From the NCBI GenBank assembly GCA_000433755.1, contig FR891275.1, positions 12,721 through 76,720 of the forward strand: a stretch of 64,000 nt of DNA, written 5' to 3'. The position numbers were made by a program, and so were the translations under genes. A model generated the notes under the pieces. That model searched no databases. It had not been told where the DNA came from and saw nothing but the letters and a program-made list of their open reading frames with translations. The stretch comes from Clostridium sp. CAG:465. Its GTDB lineage: Bacteria > Bacillota > Clostridia > TANB77 > CAG-465. Below, one piece after another: positions 1 through 8,367 of this stretch. Each line of letters starts with the position of its first letter. Position 1 is the first letter of the stretch.

Positions 1-195
1 GTTTTTTATTTCTTCTTTAGAAGCACTTGTAATTGAAACAGCTATTTCATCAAAGTATAATTCTTCATTTTCTGCAACACTCTTTACAATCTTTTCAATA
101 TACTCTTGAATATTTACCTTTTCATCAATGTTTTCTTTTGAGAAGTCAATAATTCCTTCATCTAAATCAATATTTATCTTGCATTCTAAACTCAT
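1..195 (-). CDS. ybeY: endoribonuclease YbeY, N-terminal fragment; ATG at 195 overlaps the yqfD stop (TAATG) and the gene runs off the window
   Basis: Reverse-strand translation MSLECKINIDLDEGIIDFSKENIDEKVNIQEYIEKIVKSVAENEELYFDEIAVSITSASKEEIKN matches the YbeY N-terminal pattern (ExSxxFVDxEEIxxLN). Confidence 0.5.
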   Translation of the reverse strand, partial: MSLECKINIDLDEGIIDFSKENIDEKVNIQEYIEKIVKSVAENEELYFDEIAVSITSASKEEIKN

Positions 196-1382
196 TAGTT
201 TCCCCTTTCAACAAATTCTCCAATTTGTTCATTAATTACATATTCCACTTTTACCTTTATACCATCTTGTATATCAGATATATTTTCCGTAGTATCGACA
301 ACCGTTGGATTTACACACTGTGTTAATACATTATTTTTTAAATATTCGTCCATATCAATCTTTGCTATTTGTTCTATTTCTTCCTTTGTCCTAAATACTT
401 CAACCTCGTTATATTCACTACATTTATATATATCAAAAGAAATCGTATTTCTAAATATTTCAAACTCTTTACTATTTTTAGTTATATCATATTTCTTCAA
501 TTTATTCAAATAATTTATCATATTTTCTTTAGAATTAATAGTAATTCCAAAAGTTGTCCTTTTTTTGTTAGTATACTCTTTATTACAAACTTTATACATA
601 TACTCTTTTTCAAATGTATATATATTATCTACTCTTGCATATCCTTTTGCTGGTACCTCACCTATAATTTGCTCATTTCTATCATATACATTTCCCTCTA
701 TCAAGGTATCTCCTTTATTTACATAGTCTAAGGCTTTAAACTTGGAAGTACCACTTTCACTAACAAGTTTTGTTATGACACCAGACTTTGTAGCTTTTAT
801 ATCACCTATACTTGTTTGTTGAATATTTTTTTCATCCATTCTTGTTTTTTCCACAACTTTAACTATTGCTCTTGTTCCGTCAATTTCAATACCAACCCAA
901 GACAATTCATTTTCCATTGCTCTAAGTTCATTTACTACTTCTTTTTTATCAAGTCCAATTTTATTTCTACCTATATATAGTCCACTATCTTTCAATTTAG
1001 ATATAATAATTTCCTTACTTACTCTCTCATTTCCTACAATATCTATGTCCCATATAAAAGTTGAAAAAGCTATACTAAAAACTATTATTAAGAATAGAAA
1101 TACGAAGATTAACTTTCTTTTTCTATATTTAAATAGTGTAAAGTACAACCCCTTTTTTTCTTTTATACTGACTTTGCATTTTGTCTTCTTTGTAATACTT
1201 CTTAATTTTTTAAAGTCAGCTATATTCATTTTAAACCTTATTACACCTTTTACTATATTCCTAATTTCCCATATTTTTATGTTATTAATCCTACATAGAT
1301 TTATAAACCTTTCTGTAAAAAATCCCTCTATTTGTACTGTTATAATTCCTGTCATATTACGTATATTATTTGTTATCCCCAT
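195..1382 (-). CDS. yqfD: sporulation protein YqfD (stage IV sporulation)
   Basis: 395-aa ORF with an internal TM segment; follows yqfC as in the Bacillus/Clostridium yqfC-yqfD pair. Confidence 0.8.
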   Translation of the reverse strand: MGITNNIRNMTGIITVQIEGFFTERFINLCRINNIKIWEIRNIVKGVIRFKMNIADFKKLRSITKKTKCKVSIKEKKGLYFTLFKYRKRKLIFVFLFLIIVFSIAFSTFIWDIDIVGNERVSKEIIISKLKDSGLYIGRNKIGLDKKEVVNELRAMENELSWVGIEIDGTRAIVKVVEKTRMDEKNIQQTSIGDIKATKSGVITKLVSESGTSKFKALDYVNKGDTLIEGNVYDRNEQIIGEVPAKGYARVDNIYTFEKEYMYKVCNKEYTNKKRTTFGITINSKENMINYLNKLKKYDITKNSKEFEIFRNTISFDIYKCSEYNEVEVFRTKEEIEQIAKIDMDEYLKNNVLTQCVNPTVVDTTENISDIQDGIKVKVEYVINEQIGEFVERGN

Positions 1383-1392
1383 ATTTATCCCT

Positions 1393-1731
1393 CTACTTTT
1401 GATAATTTATACTATAAATATCCCCTTCAACAACTAAATCAAAGTCTGTTATTTCCTTAATATCCAAATCTTTTCCGTCTATTAGAATATCCATATTATT
1501 AGCCCTTATTTTTATATAATCATCATAATAATCTATAATTTGTCTATATCCCTCAATAAGAACATTATTATTTTCTATTGAAGTTAACTTTGTAGATTTA
1601 GATACAACCTCTCGAGGTAATTCTAAAAAACATGAAAATTTTTCCTTTGCATCTGATATATTCTCTTTTACATGCATATTTTTTACTAATTTTCTGTACC
1701 ACCTATTACCATTATTTTTTTTCCTTTTCAT
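1393..1731 (-). CDS. yqfC: sporulation protein YqfC
   Basis: 112-aa ORF immediately upstream of yqfD on the same strand; size and sequence typical of YqfC. Confidence 0.75.
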   Translation of the reverse strand: MKRKKNNGNRWYRKLVKNMHVKENISDAKEKFSCFLELPREVVSKSTKLTSIENNNVLIEGYRQIIDYYDDYIKIRANNMDILIDGKDLDIKEITDFDLVVEGDIYSINYQK

Positions 1732-1899
1732 GCTATTCCTCCTTTTACATTATATTATATTAAACTCTTTTTATTCTTAAGGAATATGTCGAATTTTGTA
1801 AACATGTTGTGCCACAAAAGCTTACAAATTAATTGACAAAAGCTTTTTTTTGTAGTATATTTATTTTATGTGTAAAAAAATGGAAGTTAAGGAAAAAAT

Positions 1900-2574
1900 A
1901 TGATAAAAATTGGAATGTGTGATGATAATTTAAATAGTATAAAGATTGCATCAAAATTATTAGAATCAGAAACTATAGAACAAAATTTAGATGCTGAAAT
2001 ATCAATAATTTCAAGCAATCAAAAAGAAATTTATGACGCTATATATGAAGGTAAAATTGATATATTATTTCTAGATATTGATTTTAAAAATAATGGAAAA
2101 AATGGTATAGAATTTGCCAGAGATTTAAGAAAAATAAACAAAAAATTTTATCTTGTCTTTTTATCTGCTCATCAAAGATACTTGCACGTATCTCTTACCA
2201 CAAAAGTTTTTGACTATTTGGTAAAACCTATCAATAGAGAAACACTCAGAGAATTAGTTGCAAGGTTTAAAGATGAATTCGAAACAAATAAATCTATATT
2301 TTTGCACCTAAATAAATGGGAATATGTAAGGACTAACGATATCCTATATATTGAAAAAGATGGAAAGAAATCTATTATATTTACTGAATCTCAAAAATAT
2401 ACAACAAACAAAAACTTAAACAGCTTATTATCTGAACTTCCAAAAAATTTTTTAAGATGTCATAAATCGTACATTTTAAATTCTAATAAAGTATTAAGCA
2501 TTGATAAAAAAGAAGGACAAGCCTTTTTCGGAAAGGATTTTTCTTGTCCTGTTAGTAGCCAATTTGAATTATAG
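1900..2574 (+). CDS. LytTR-family response regulator (AgrA/VirR-like)
   Basis: N-terminal receiver domain (LFLDIDF acidic pocket) and C-terminal LytTR DNA-binding domain, 224 aa. A good RBS precedes it and the kinase gene follows. Confidence 0.85.
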   Translation: MIKIGMCDDNLNSIKIASKLLESETIEQNLDAEISIISSNQKEIYDAIYEGKIDILFLDIDFKNNGKNGIEFARDLRKINKKFYLVFLSAHQRYLHVSLTTKVFDYLVKPINRETLRELVARFKDEFETNKSIFLHLNKWEYVRTNDILYIEKDGKKSIIFTESQKYTTNKNLNSLLSELPKNFLRCHKSYILNSNKVLSIDKKEGQAFFGKDFSCPVSSQFEL

Positions 2575-2606
2575 CATAAATGTATATGAAAAAGGGGATT
2601 TTTATA

Positions 2607-3938
2607 TGGAAATTTTAATAGTTAGAGGTCTAAGCTCAATCCTTGAAGCTGGTCTATGGACCTATTTTATCGTCTCAGTTTCTAAAATAATTTCAAAAGA
2701 AGAGATAAACTTTAGTAAAAAACAAATTATATTGTTCTTTATATCATTAATATTTTTAACTGAATTGCGGTTATTTAATAAGAGATCATTTTCCATTAGT
2801 TAACTGGTTAATAATATATCCTAGTATATTTATTTTATCAATCTTCATTTTAAAGTTAAATGCCGTAAAATCTATTACTATAGTTATAACAAATCTAGTA
2901 ACATTAATTATTACTGAATTAATGTCAGCATTTACATGTATGAGTATTTTTAAAATCGATTCAAATATTTTACTAACTAATTGGGTATATACAACCATTG
3001 CACTTGTTATTCAATACACATTATTTTTTGCAGTTATTAAAATAGCAAATATGATATCAAAAAACAAAAGTGAATTTAAAGATATGTTATCATCTATAAA
3101 CAAAAAAACAGTTATTACAGTACTCTCTATACTTGCTCTTTGTATTTTTCCACAAGTAATTATATATGTAATAAACAAATATAACTATCCTACATACTTT
3201 TTAATACTAAACTCAATCCAAATGATTATTGTATGTATTGTAATATTTAGCTCATTTAAGAATTCTATGGAAAAAGAAAAAGCAAAAAGTGATTTAATGA
3301 CAATAACATTGCATAATAAAACCATGACTGGAATGGTTGATGGAGTAAGAAAATTAAAACATGATTACAATAATATAATGCAAGCTTTAAATGGATATAT
3401 GTCCACAAAACAATATGATAAACTACAAGCACATATTAATTCTGTAATTGGAGAATGTAGTGATATAAATAATTTATCAGTCATTAATCCAAAGATTTTT
3501 AATGATCCTGCAATTTATGGAATAGTTGGCGCAAAATATTTTACTGCAATTGAAAAAGATATAAAATTTGAATTAGATATTTCTACAAATATTGCAAATA
3601 TTAATTTTTCAATGCCTGACCTTTCGATAATACTAGGAATTATACTTGATAATGCTATGGAAGCAACTACAAAACTTGAAAAAGGAAGATATATAAAGCT
3701 TGAAATGAGATTTGATAACAAAAAATGCGCTGATATTATTCGCGTATATAATACTTACGATACAAGCATTAATATTAATACAAAAGATGTATTTAAAAAA
3801 GGTTATTCTAGTAAAGAAGTAAAATCAGGAATAGGTCTTTGGGAAGTCAAAAAATTAATTGATAAATCTGGAAACTCTCAAATATATGCTTCAATTGAAA
3901 AAAATCAATTTATTCAAAATATAATAATAGAAAAATGA
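2607..3938 (+). pseudogene. AgrC/VirS-like GHKL sensor histidine kinase with the N-terminal membrane domain split by a frameshift near 2757-2803 (ORFs 2607..2803 and 2922..3938)
   Basis: H-box HDYNN and a GHKL ATPase region (LDNAMEAT...GIGLWEVKKL). About 7 predicted TM helices are spread over two frames. The frame of 2922 is open back to 2760 but holds no start codon or RBS. The upstream frame has a good RBS at 2595-2603. Confidence 0.6.
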
Positions 3939-4022
3939 TGATATGTTTAAACATTATCATCATTTTTTAATGTAAATATATCTCCATACTTTTATTGTAC
4001 GGAGATATAGAATGTGTAAAAA

Positions 4023-4136
4023 ATTATTTTTGTATTAAGCATCTTGGAGCTTTAGGTTGGTGAATTAATAATACAACACAACTATTAGTTGATGATCTAG
4101 CATATTTTTCGACCATTTTTTTGAAGAATTTTTTCA
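4023..4136 (-). CDS. agrD: AgrD autoinducing-peptide precursor (37 aa: MKKFFKKMVEKYARSSTNSCVVLLIHQPKAPRCLIQK)
   Basis: Small ORF directly downstream of agrB on the same strand with RBS AAGGGGGG. It has an amphipathic leader, a Cys-containing core and a C-terminal tail bearing an HQP..P motif like clostridial AgrD. Confidence 0.7.
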
Positions 4137-4326
4137 TTTCTTTCCCCCCTTATATTTGATATACCGTACAAATTATATTACTAACTTTGCACTATTAGAT
4201 AAACTTTTTAATTTATATTTCATACTATTTCATTTAAAATAAACAATATACTATCGTATATATAATTAAAAAGCAATATAATAAATACAATATATCTAAT
4301 ATTTAAAGAATAATATTTTTATTATA

Positions 4327-4980
4327 CTATTCTTTATTTTCATTATAGTATTCTTTGAATTCATCTGACTCATAACTATGTTTGCATCTTAAAATTTTAT
4401 ACATAAAGTTACTAGTAAAAAAATCAATTAAAAATACTGTGGAGATTACTATTCTTGCGTATTGTTCATTAAATCTTGTTAATACCAATGTTGAAATATA
4501 TATGAACACTATTGAAACAATTGCAGATATTTTATACTTCTTTCTTTTACCTTTATTTAAAATAGGTATTTCTTCCGTATCAGCAGGGACATGTTTATAT
4601 ATTACATATAATGAATAAATAAAAATTAATGCTGACACTATATATAAATAAATTACAGGAACATTAACAAATTTTCCAATAATTACTGGTATAAAGAAAT
4701 ATAGTGAAGTAAAAATAAAACATTCTGTATTTGTTCTTGCGTGTGCTCCTCCAACTAATACTTTATAAAGAATTGTTATTAGCAATACAACACCGACTTG
4801 AGGTAAAATGTGAAAGAATAAACTTACTATAAAAACAAATAGATATTTAGGTACATCTTCTACTATTCTTGTTATCCCAAATAACATTATTTCTCGTTCA
4901 TTTCCTTCTACAGTTTCGCCTCTATACAAGAAATGATCTAAAAGGTAATTGCTAACTTTATCAACCATTAGCCTCACCAC
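4327..4980 (-). CDS. agrB: AgrB accessory gene regulator protein B (AgrD-processing membrane endopeptidase)
   Basis: 217-aa polytopic membrane protein carrying the AgrB catalytic motif GGAHARTNTEC (His and Cys 7 residues apart). Confidence 0.85.
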   Translation of the reverse strand: MVRLMVDKVSNYLLDHFLYRGETVEGNEREIMLFGITRIVEDVPKYLFVFIVSLFFHILPQVGVVLLITILYKVLVGGAHARTNTECFIFTSLYFFIPVIIGKFVNVPVIYLYIVSALIFIYSLYVIYKHVPADTEEIPILNKGKRKKYKISAIVSIVFIYISTLVLTRFNEQYARIVISTVFLIDFFTSNFMYKILRCKHSYESDEFKEYYNENKE

Positions 4981-5068
4981 CTAACTAAATTATATATTAT
5001 TTTTTTGAATATATTTAAATTTAGTCTTAAAATGTCATATTTTGGATTTATAATCTATAATTTATTTT

Positions 5069-5099
5069 TTTAGGTCACTTTTTGGCTGGTTTAGGACAT
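5069..5099. promoter_or_regulatory. putative LytTR-regulator binding site: direct repeats TTTAGGTCAC / TTTAGGACAT with a 12-bp spacer (21 bp start to start)
   Basis: The 9-10 bp imperfect direct repeat has the spacing typical of AgrA/VirR boxes. It lies in the divergent intergenic region between agrB and the peroxiredoxin gene. Confidence 0.4.
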
Positions 5100-5165
5100 G
5101 CTACTTTTCTTATTTTGTAACAAAATATTTTTATTTATCATAATATACAAAAAAGGAGGTTATAT

Positions 5166-5345
5166 ATGCAAAATGATAATTTAGAAAAAAGTGATAGATT
5201 AGATTTTATTATTAATGACAACTTAAATGAATGTTTACATATAGGAGATAAAGCACCTTTATTTAACGCAAAAACCACTTTTGGAAACATTAAATTAAGT
5301 GATTACGCTGGGAAATGGCTTATACTTTTCTCCCACCCACGGTGA
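5166..5345 (+). pseudogene. 1-Cys peroxiredoxin (Prx6-like), 5' fragment, separated from its 3' part by an inserted element
   Basis: RBS AAAAGGAGG precedes the ATG. Translation ...[33 protein letters not shown] then hits TGA. The conserved DFTPVCTTE region continues out of frame (extra T near 5343) and is cut at about 5355. Confidence 0.7.
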
Positions 5346-5587
5346 TTTTACACCCGAATAAACATACAATTTGGGGAAATATAATAATTAAATAAATCTG
5401 CATATTATTTAGTAAATACCTAAATAAATATAACCACGGGATTTCCCGTGGTATATCTAGATATAAAATAAAAAATATATTACACAAAAATAAAACATAT
5501 ACAGAAATAGTTAATATTTAAAATAACATACTTGTAAGAAATATTAATTTTTTGATATGAAGTAACATTTCACAACAATAAAATTAA

Positions 5588-6199
5588 TTACAAAATATTA
5601 TATTTTTTGTTTATTAATTCAAAAGCTTTTTTCACATCATATTCATCAGTTATACTAATGTTACATTCTTTAATATCCTTTAACATTTCTTTTTTTGTAT
5701 TTTTAATTTCCAAAGCTGACTTTCCATCGAAATTATTCGTATTTTCATATTCGATTAAAGTACCTAGATCCTCAACAATTTGAAAGGCAAATTCTCTACC
5801 ATTTTTTTCATATACAATAACATGATACTTTACTTCTATAAGTTTGTAAAATCCCAAAAATCCAAATAAACTTTCTGCCTTTATTAAATCGTTACAATCC
5901 AAGTTTACTTTTTTTTCTGAAATAACATCTCCATTATTGTCTAATTCTTTATTTTTATATGTTATTTTTCTAATTACTTTTCCATCCAATTTTAGATTTC
6001 TTAATATTACAGAATGTTTTAATAATTTTTGTATATTTTCTTTTTTTATTTCAACATCTAAATTCGTCAAATATATATCATCAATATCACTTTCACGTAT
6101 TTTGGTAAAGCCTTCCTTTTCTAGTTTACAAATTGCATCTTCAATTTTTTCAGTTAACCTTACAGTTATTTCTACTTGTTTCATTTCTAATCCCCCCAT
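5588..6199 (-). CDS. CYTH-like (triphosphate tunnel / class IV adenylate cyclase fold) protein, cargo of the inserted element
   Basis: 203 aa. N-terminal beta-strand EITVR where ExExK is expected, DDIYL (DTYF-like), a central ILRNL...IRKITYK strand pair, and C-terminal LIEYE. Clear paralog of 30003..30581. Confidence 0.5.
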   Translation of the reverse strand: MGGLEMKQVEITVRLTEKIEDAICKLEKEGFTKIRESDIDDIYLTNLDVEIKKENIQKLLKHSVILRNLKLDGKVIRKITYKNKELDNNGDVISEKKVNLDCNDLIKAESLFGFLGFYKLIEVKYHVIVYEKNGREFAFQIVEDLGTLIEYENTNNFDGKSALEIKNTKKEMLKDIKECNISITDEYDVKKAFELINKKYNIL

Positions 6200-6382
6200 A
6201 TATTTCTTTGAGTTTTAGTATATATTAAATTTATAAATTAATCAAATAAAATGAACAAATATATGTAATTATTAAAATATTTAATTTTTCACTTTTTATT
6301 AATTATAACTTAAGGCAAAAGAAATATCCTCACTCTTTTATGCATAAAATTTATTATAAATGATATAAAGGAGTTAAGAGTA

Positions 6383-6595
6383 ATGCAGATTACAAATATA
6401 GAAATACAAAATAAAAAATATGTTCAATTTTATTTAACAAAAGAAGAACTAGAAAAAGATGAAACAAAAAATATAATTGAAAAATACAAAAAAGAAAAAT
6501 ATAACGTAGCTATTTTCTTAACTGGAAAAGAAGATTATTCCGAAGTTCTTAAAAACATAATAAAAAAACAAATGGAAGCAAATAAAGATGTCTAA
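6383..6595 (+). CDS. hypothetical 70-aa protein inside the element, immediately upstream of the recombinase gene
   Basis: ORF with RBS (AAGGAG), Lys/Glu-rich. Its position suggests an accessory or directionality factor, but no recognisable motif. Confidence 0.35.
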   Translation: MQITNIEIQNKKYVQFYLTKEELEKDETKNIIEKYKKEKYNVAIFLTGKEDYSEVLKNIIKKQMEANKDV

Positions 6596-6645
6596 TAATA
6601 TAATTCTAAATAAAGTCAAACAGGAATTTGACAATAAAATAACAA

Positions 6646-8202
6646 TTGTACGGATATTGTAGATTGTCTAGAGATGAAGACAAAGAAAATTATGCAAGTA
6701 TTGAAGAACAAAAACAAATTATCAAAGATTATGCATTAACTCGTAATTGGACTATCTCAGATTTCTATATAGATGACAATGTTTCGGGATATACGTTTAA
6801 CAGACCTTCATTTACAAAAATGATTGAAAAAGTAAAAGAAGGAAAAATAGATGTAGTTATAGCAAAAGATTTATCAAGAATCGGAAGACACAACGGAAGG
6901 GTATTAGTTTTAATAGATGAATTTAAAAATATTCAAAAAAATTTAATATTAGTTTCTGAAATGGGTGGTACTTATGATGTTTTAAACGACAGAGATGATA
7001 CTATTGGAATTACAACATGGTTCAATGAGAGATATGTTAAAGATTGTTCAAGAAAAACTAGAGACCACATGTATTCTAAACAAAAAACTGGAAGATTAAT
7101 TATGGGAAGTTATTATGGATATATAAAAGATCCAGAAGATATAACAAAACTATATGTTGATGAAGAATTACGACCTGTTATAGAATTAATATTTAAGCTT
7201 TATACTGAAAAAAGTTGTGGAAGAAGAAAAATTTGTGACATTTTAAATAGTAAGTATAGCTATCCTACTCCATCTTTATACTATCAAACAAAACATTTAG
7301 AACGTGGTAGAATATATAAACATCCAGTTCAAAAATTATGGTGTACATATATGGTAAAGAATATCTTAGAAAATGATATATATTGTGGTACACTTAGAAC
7401 CCATAAGAAAAAAACTGTATCTATAAGAGGCAAGGTTGTAAAACTTCCAGAGGAGGAACATTTTGTGTTTGAAAATCATCATGAGCCAATTATATCTAAA
7501 GAAACTTTTAACTTAGCACAAGAGATAAGAAAAAGAAAAGTAAATTCAAAAAGTACATCAAGTACAAGAAAAAGAATTTATTACTTTTCAGGACTTTGCA
7601 GATGTGGTGATTGTGGATTTGGAGTAAGTGGAATTACAATAACCAAAAAACATTCTCAAAAAGGCTATGAATGTTCTAGTTATAGAACTTACGGAAAAGC
7701 CAGATGTAAATGCCATGAAATTAAAGAATCAGATATAATTATACATTTTAAAGAATTTTTAAAATTTACAAAAAAGCAATATATTAATGAAATAAATAAA
7801 ATACAATTTAAAACAAAAACTAATGTTAAAACAAATAATAAAGAAAAAATTAAATTTAAGATCGAAGATCTAAATGCTGAACTTAAAGTCCTAATAAATC
7901 AAAAAGTTAAAGATTTAACCAATATTACAAATAATTATCAAAAAAAAATAATTGAAAATACATATAAAGAATTAGAAAAATATAAAACTAATCGTATAGA
8001 ACAATTACAAAAACTATCAGAACAACAACAAGAAGATTTAGACATAAAAAAATTAAAGACGGCAATAGAGTATTTTGATGATATTATAAAATCTAATAAA
8101 CCAAATAGATATATTTTAGAGTGTTTAATTAATAAGATATGGATTTATCACGATAAGAGTGTGAAATTTGAGCTAAAACCAGACATTAAAAAGTTAGTAT
8201 AA
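6646..8202 (+). CDS. large serine recombinase (resolvase/invertase catalytic domain, recombinase domain, zinc ribbon, coiled coil)
   Basis: N-terminal YCRLSRDED carries the Ser nucleophile. SRIGRHNGRVLVLIDEF resolvase motif. Cys cluster CRCGDCGF...CKCH. 518 aa. Confidence 0.9.
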   Translation: MYGYCRLSRDEDKENYASIEEQKQIIKDYALTRNWTISDFYIDDNVSGYTFNRPSFTKMIEKVKEGKIDVVIAKDLSRIGRHNGRVLVLIDEFKNIQKNLILVSEMGGTYDVLNDRDDTIGITTWFNERYVKDCSRKTRDHMYSKQKTGRLIMGSYYGYIKDPEDITKLYVDEELRPVIELIFKLYTEKSCGRRKICDILNSKYSYPTPSLYYQTKHLERGRIYKHPVQKLWCTYMVKNILENDIYCGTLRTHKKKTVSIRGKVVKLPEEEHFVFENHHEPIISKETFNLAQEIRKRKVNSKSTSSTRKRIYYFSGLCRCGDCGFGVSGITITKKHSQKGYECSSYRTYGKARCKCHEIKESDIIIHFKEFLKFTKKQYINEINKIQFKTKTNVKTNNKEKIKFKIEDLNAELKVLINQKVKDLTNITNNYQKKIIENTYKELEKYKTNRIEQLQKLSEQQQEDLDIKKLKTAIEYFDDIIKSNKPNRYILECLINKIWIYHDKSVKFELKPDIKKLV

Positions 8203-8367
8203 TAGAACTTTTTCAAAATAATGTGTAATATATTTAAAAGTTATTTGCAAAAAGTGGCTAAATATGTGAAAAGTCGTTTGAAAAATGTGCATATTTTCCT
8301 CAAAAGTCGTTTGATTTTTGTGAAATATAGAAAAAATAATTAAATAACAATCCCCAAATTGTAAGTA

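Larger units (their letters stand above)
5356..8367. mobile_element. ~3.0 kb integrated element inside the peroxiredoxin gene, carrying a large serine recombinase, a CYTH-like protein and a 70-aa ORF
   Basis: Bounded by an imperfect 18-bp inverted repeat (5360-5377 AACATACAATTTGGGGA vs 8351-8368 TCCCCAAATTGTAAGTAT, 16/18 match). A near-identical 9-bp core TTTACaCCC / TTTACcCCC sits at both junctions (5347-5355, 8368-8376). The host gene resumes in frame on the far side. Confidence 0.7.

Noticed and set aside
369-1437. Plus-strand ORFs 369..731 and 1045..1437 (and similar antisense ORFs such as 16959..17465, 22138..23013, 43504..43821, 44498..45025, 45948..46292, 52640..52912)
   Set aside because: They are antisense to well-supported genes and low-complexity Ile/Phe/Leu/Ser-rich, which is typical of AT-rich antisense frames.
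2922-3938. Kinase starting genuinely at M2922 as a shorter 338-aa protein
   Set aside because: No start codon or Shine-Dalgarno precedes 2922, and the frame stays open and TM-like for 160 nt upstream. A frameshifted full-length gene is more likely, but the short form is not excluded.
4023-4136. Apparent frameshift splitting agrD into a 28-aa peptide without the C-terminal tail
   Set aside because: This came from my own mis-reading of one line of sequence. Re-reading 4071-4090 gives AGTTGTGTT on the coding strand and an intact 37-aa AgrD.
5356-8367. Interpreting the insert as an IS element or a tyrosine-recombinase integron cassette
   Set aside because: No DDE transposase or tyrosine recombinase is present. 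The only recombinase is a large serine recombinase, and the ends match an LSR-type att architecture.
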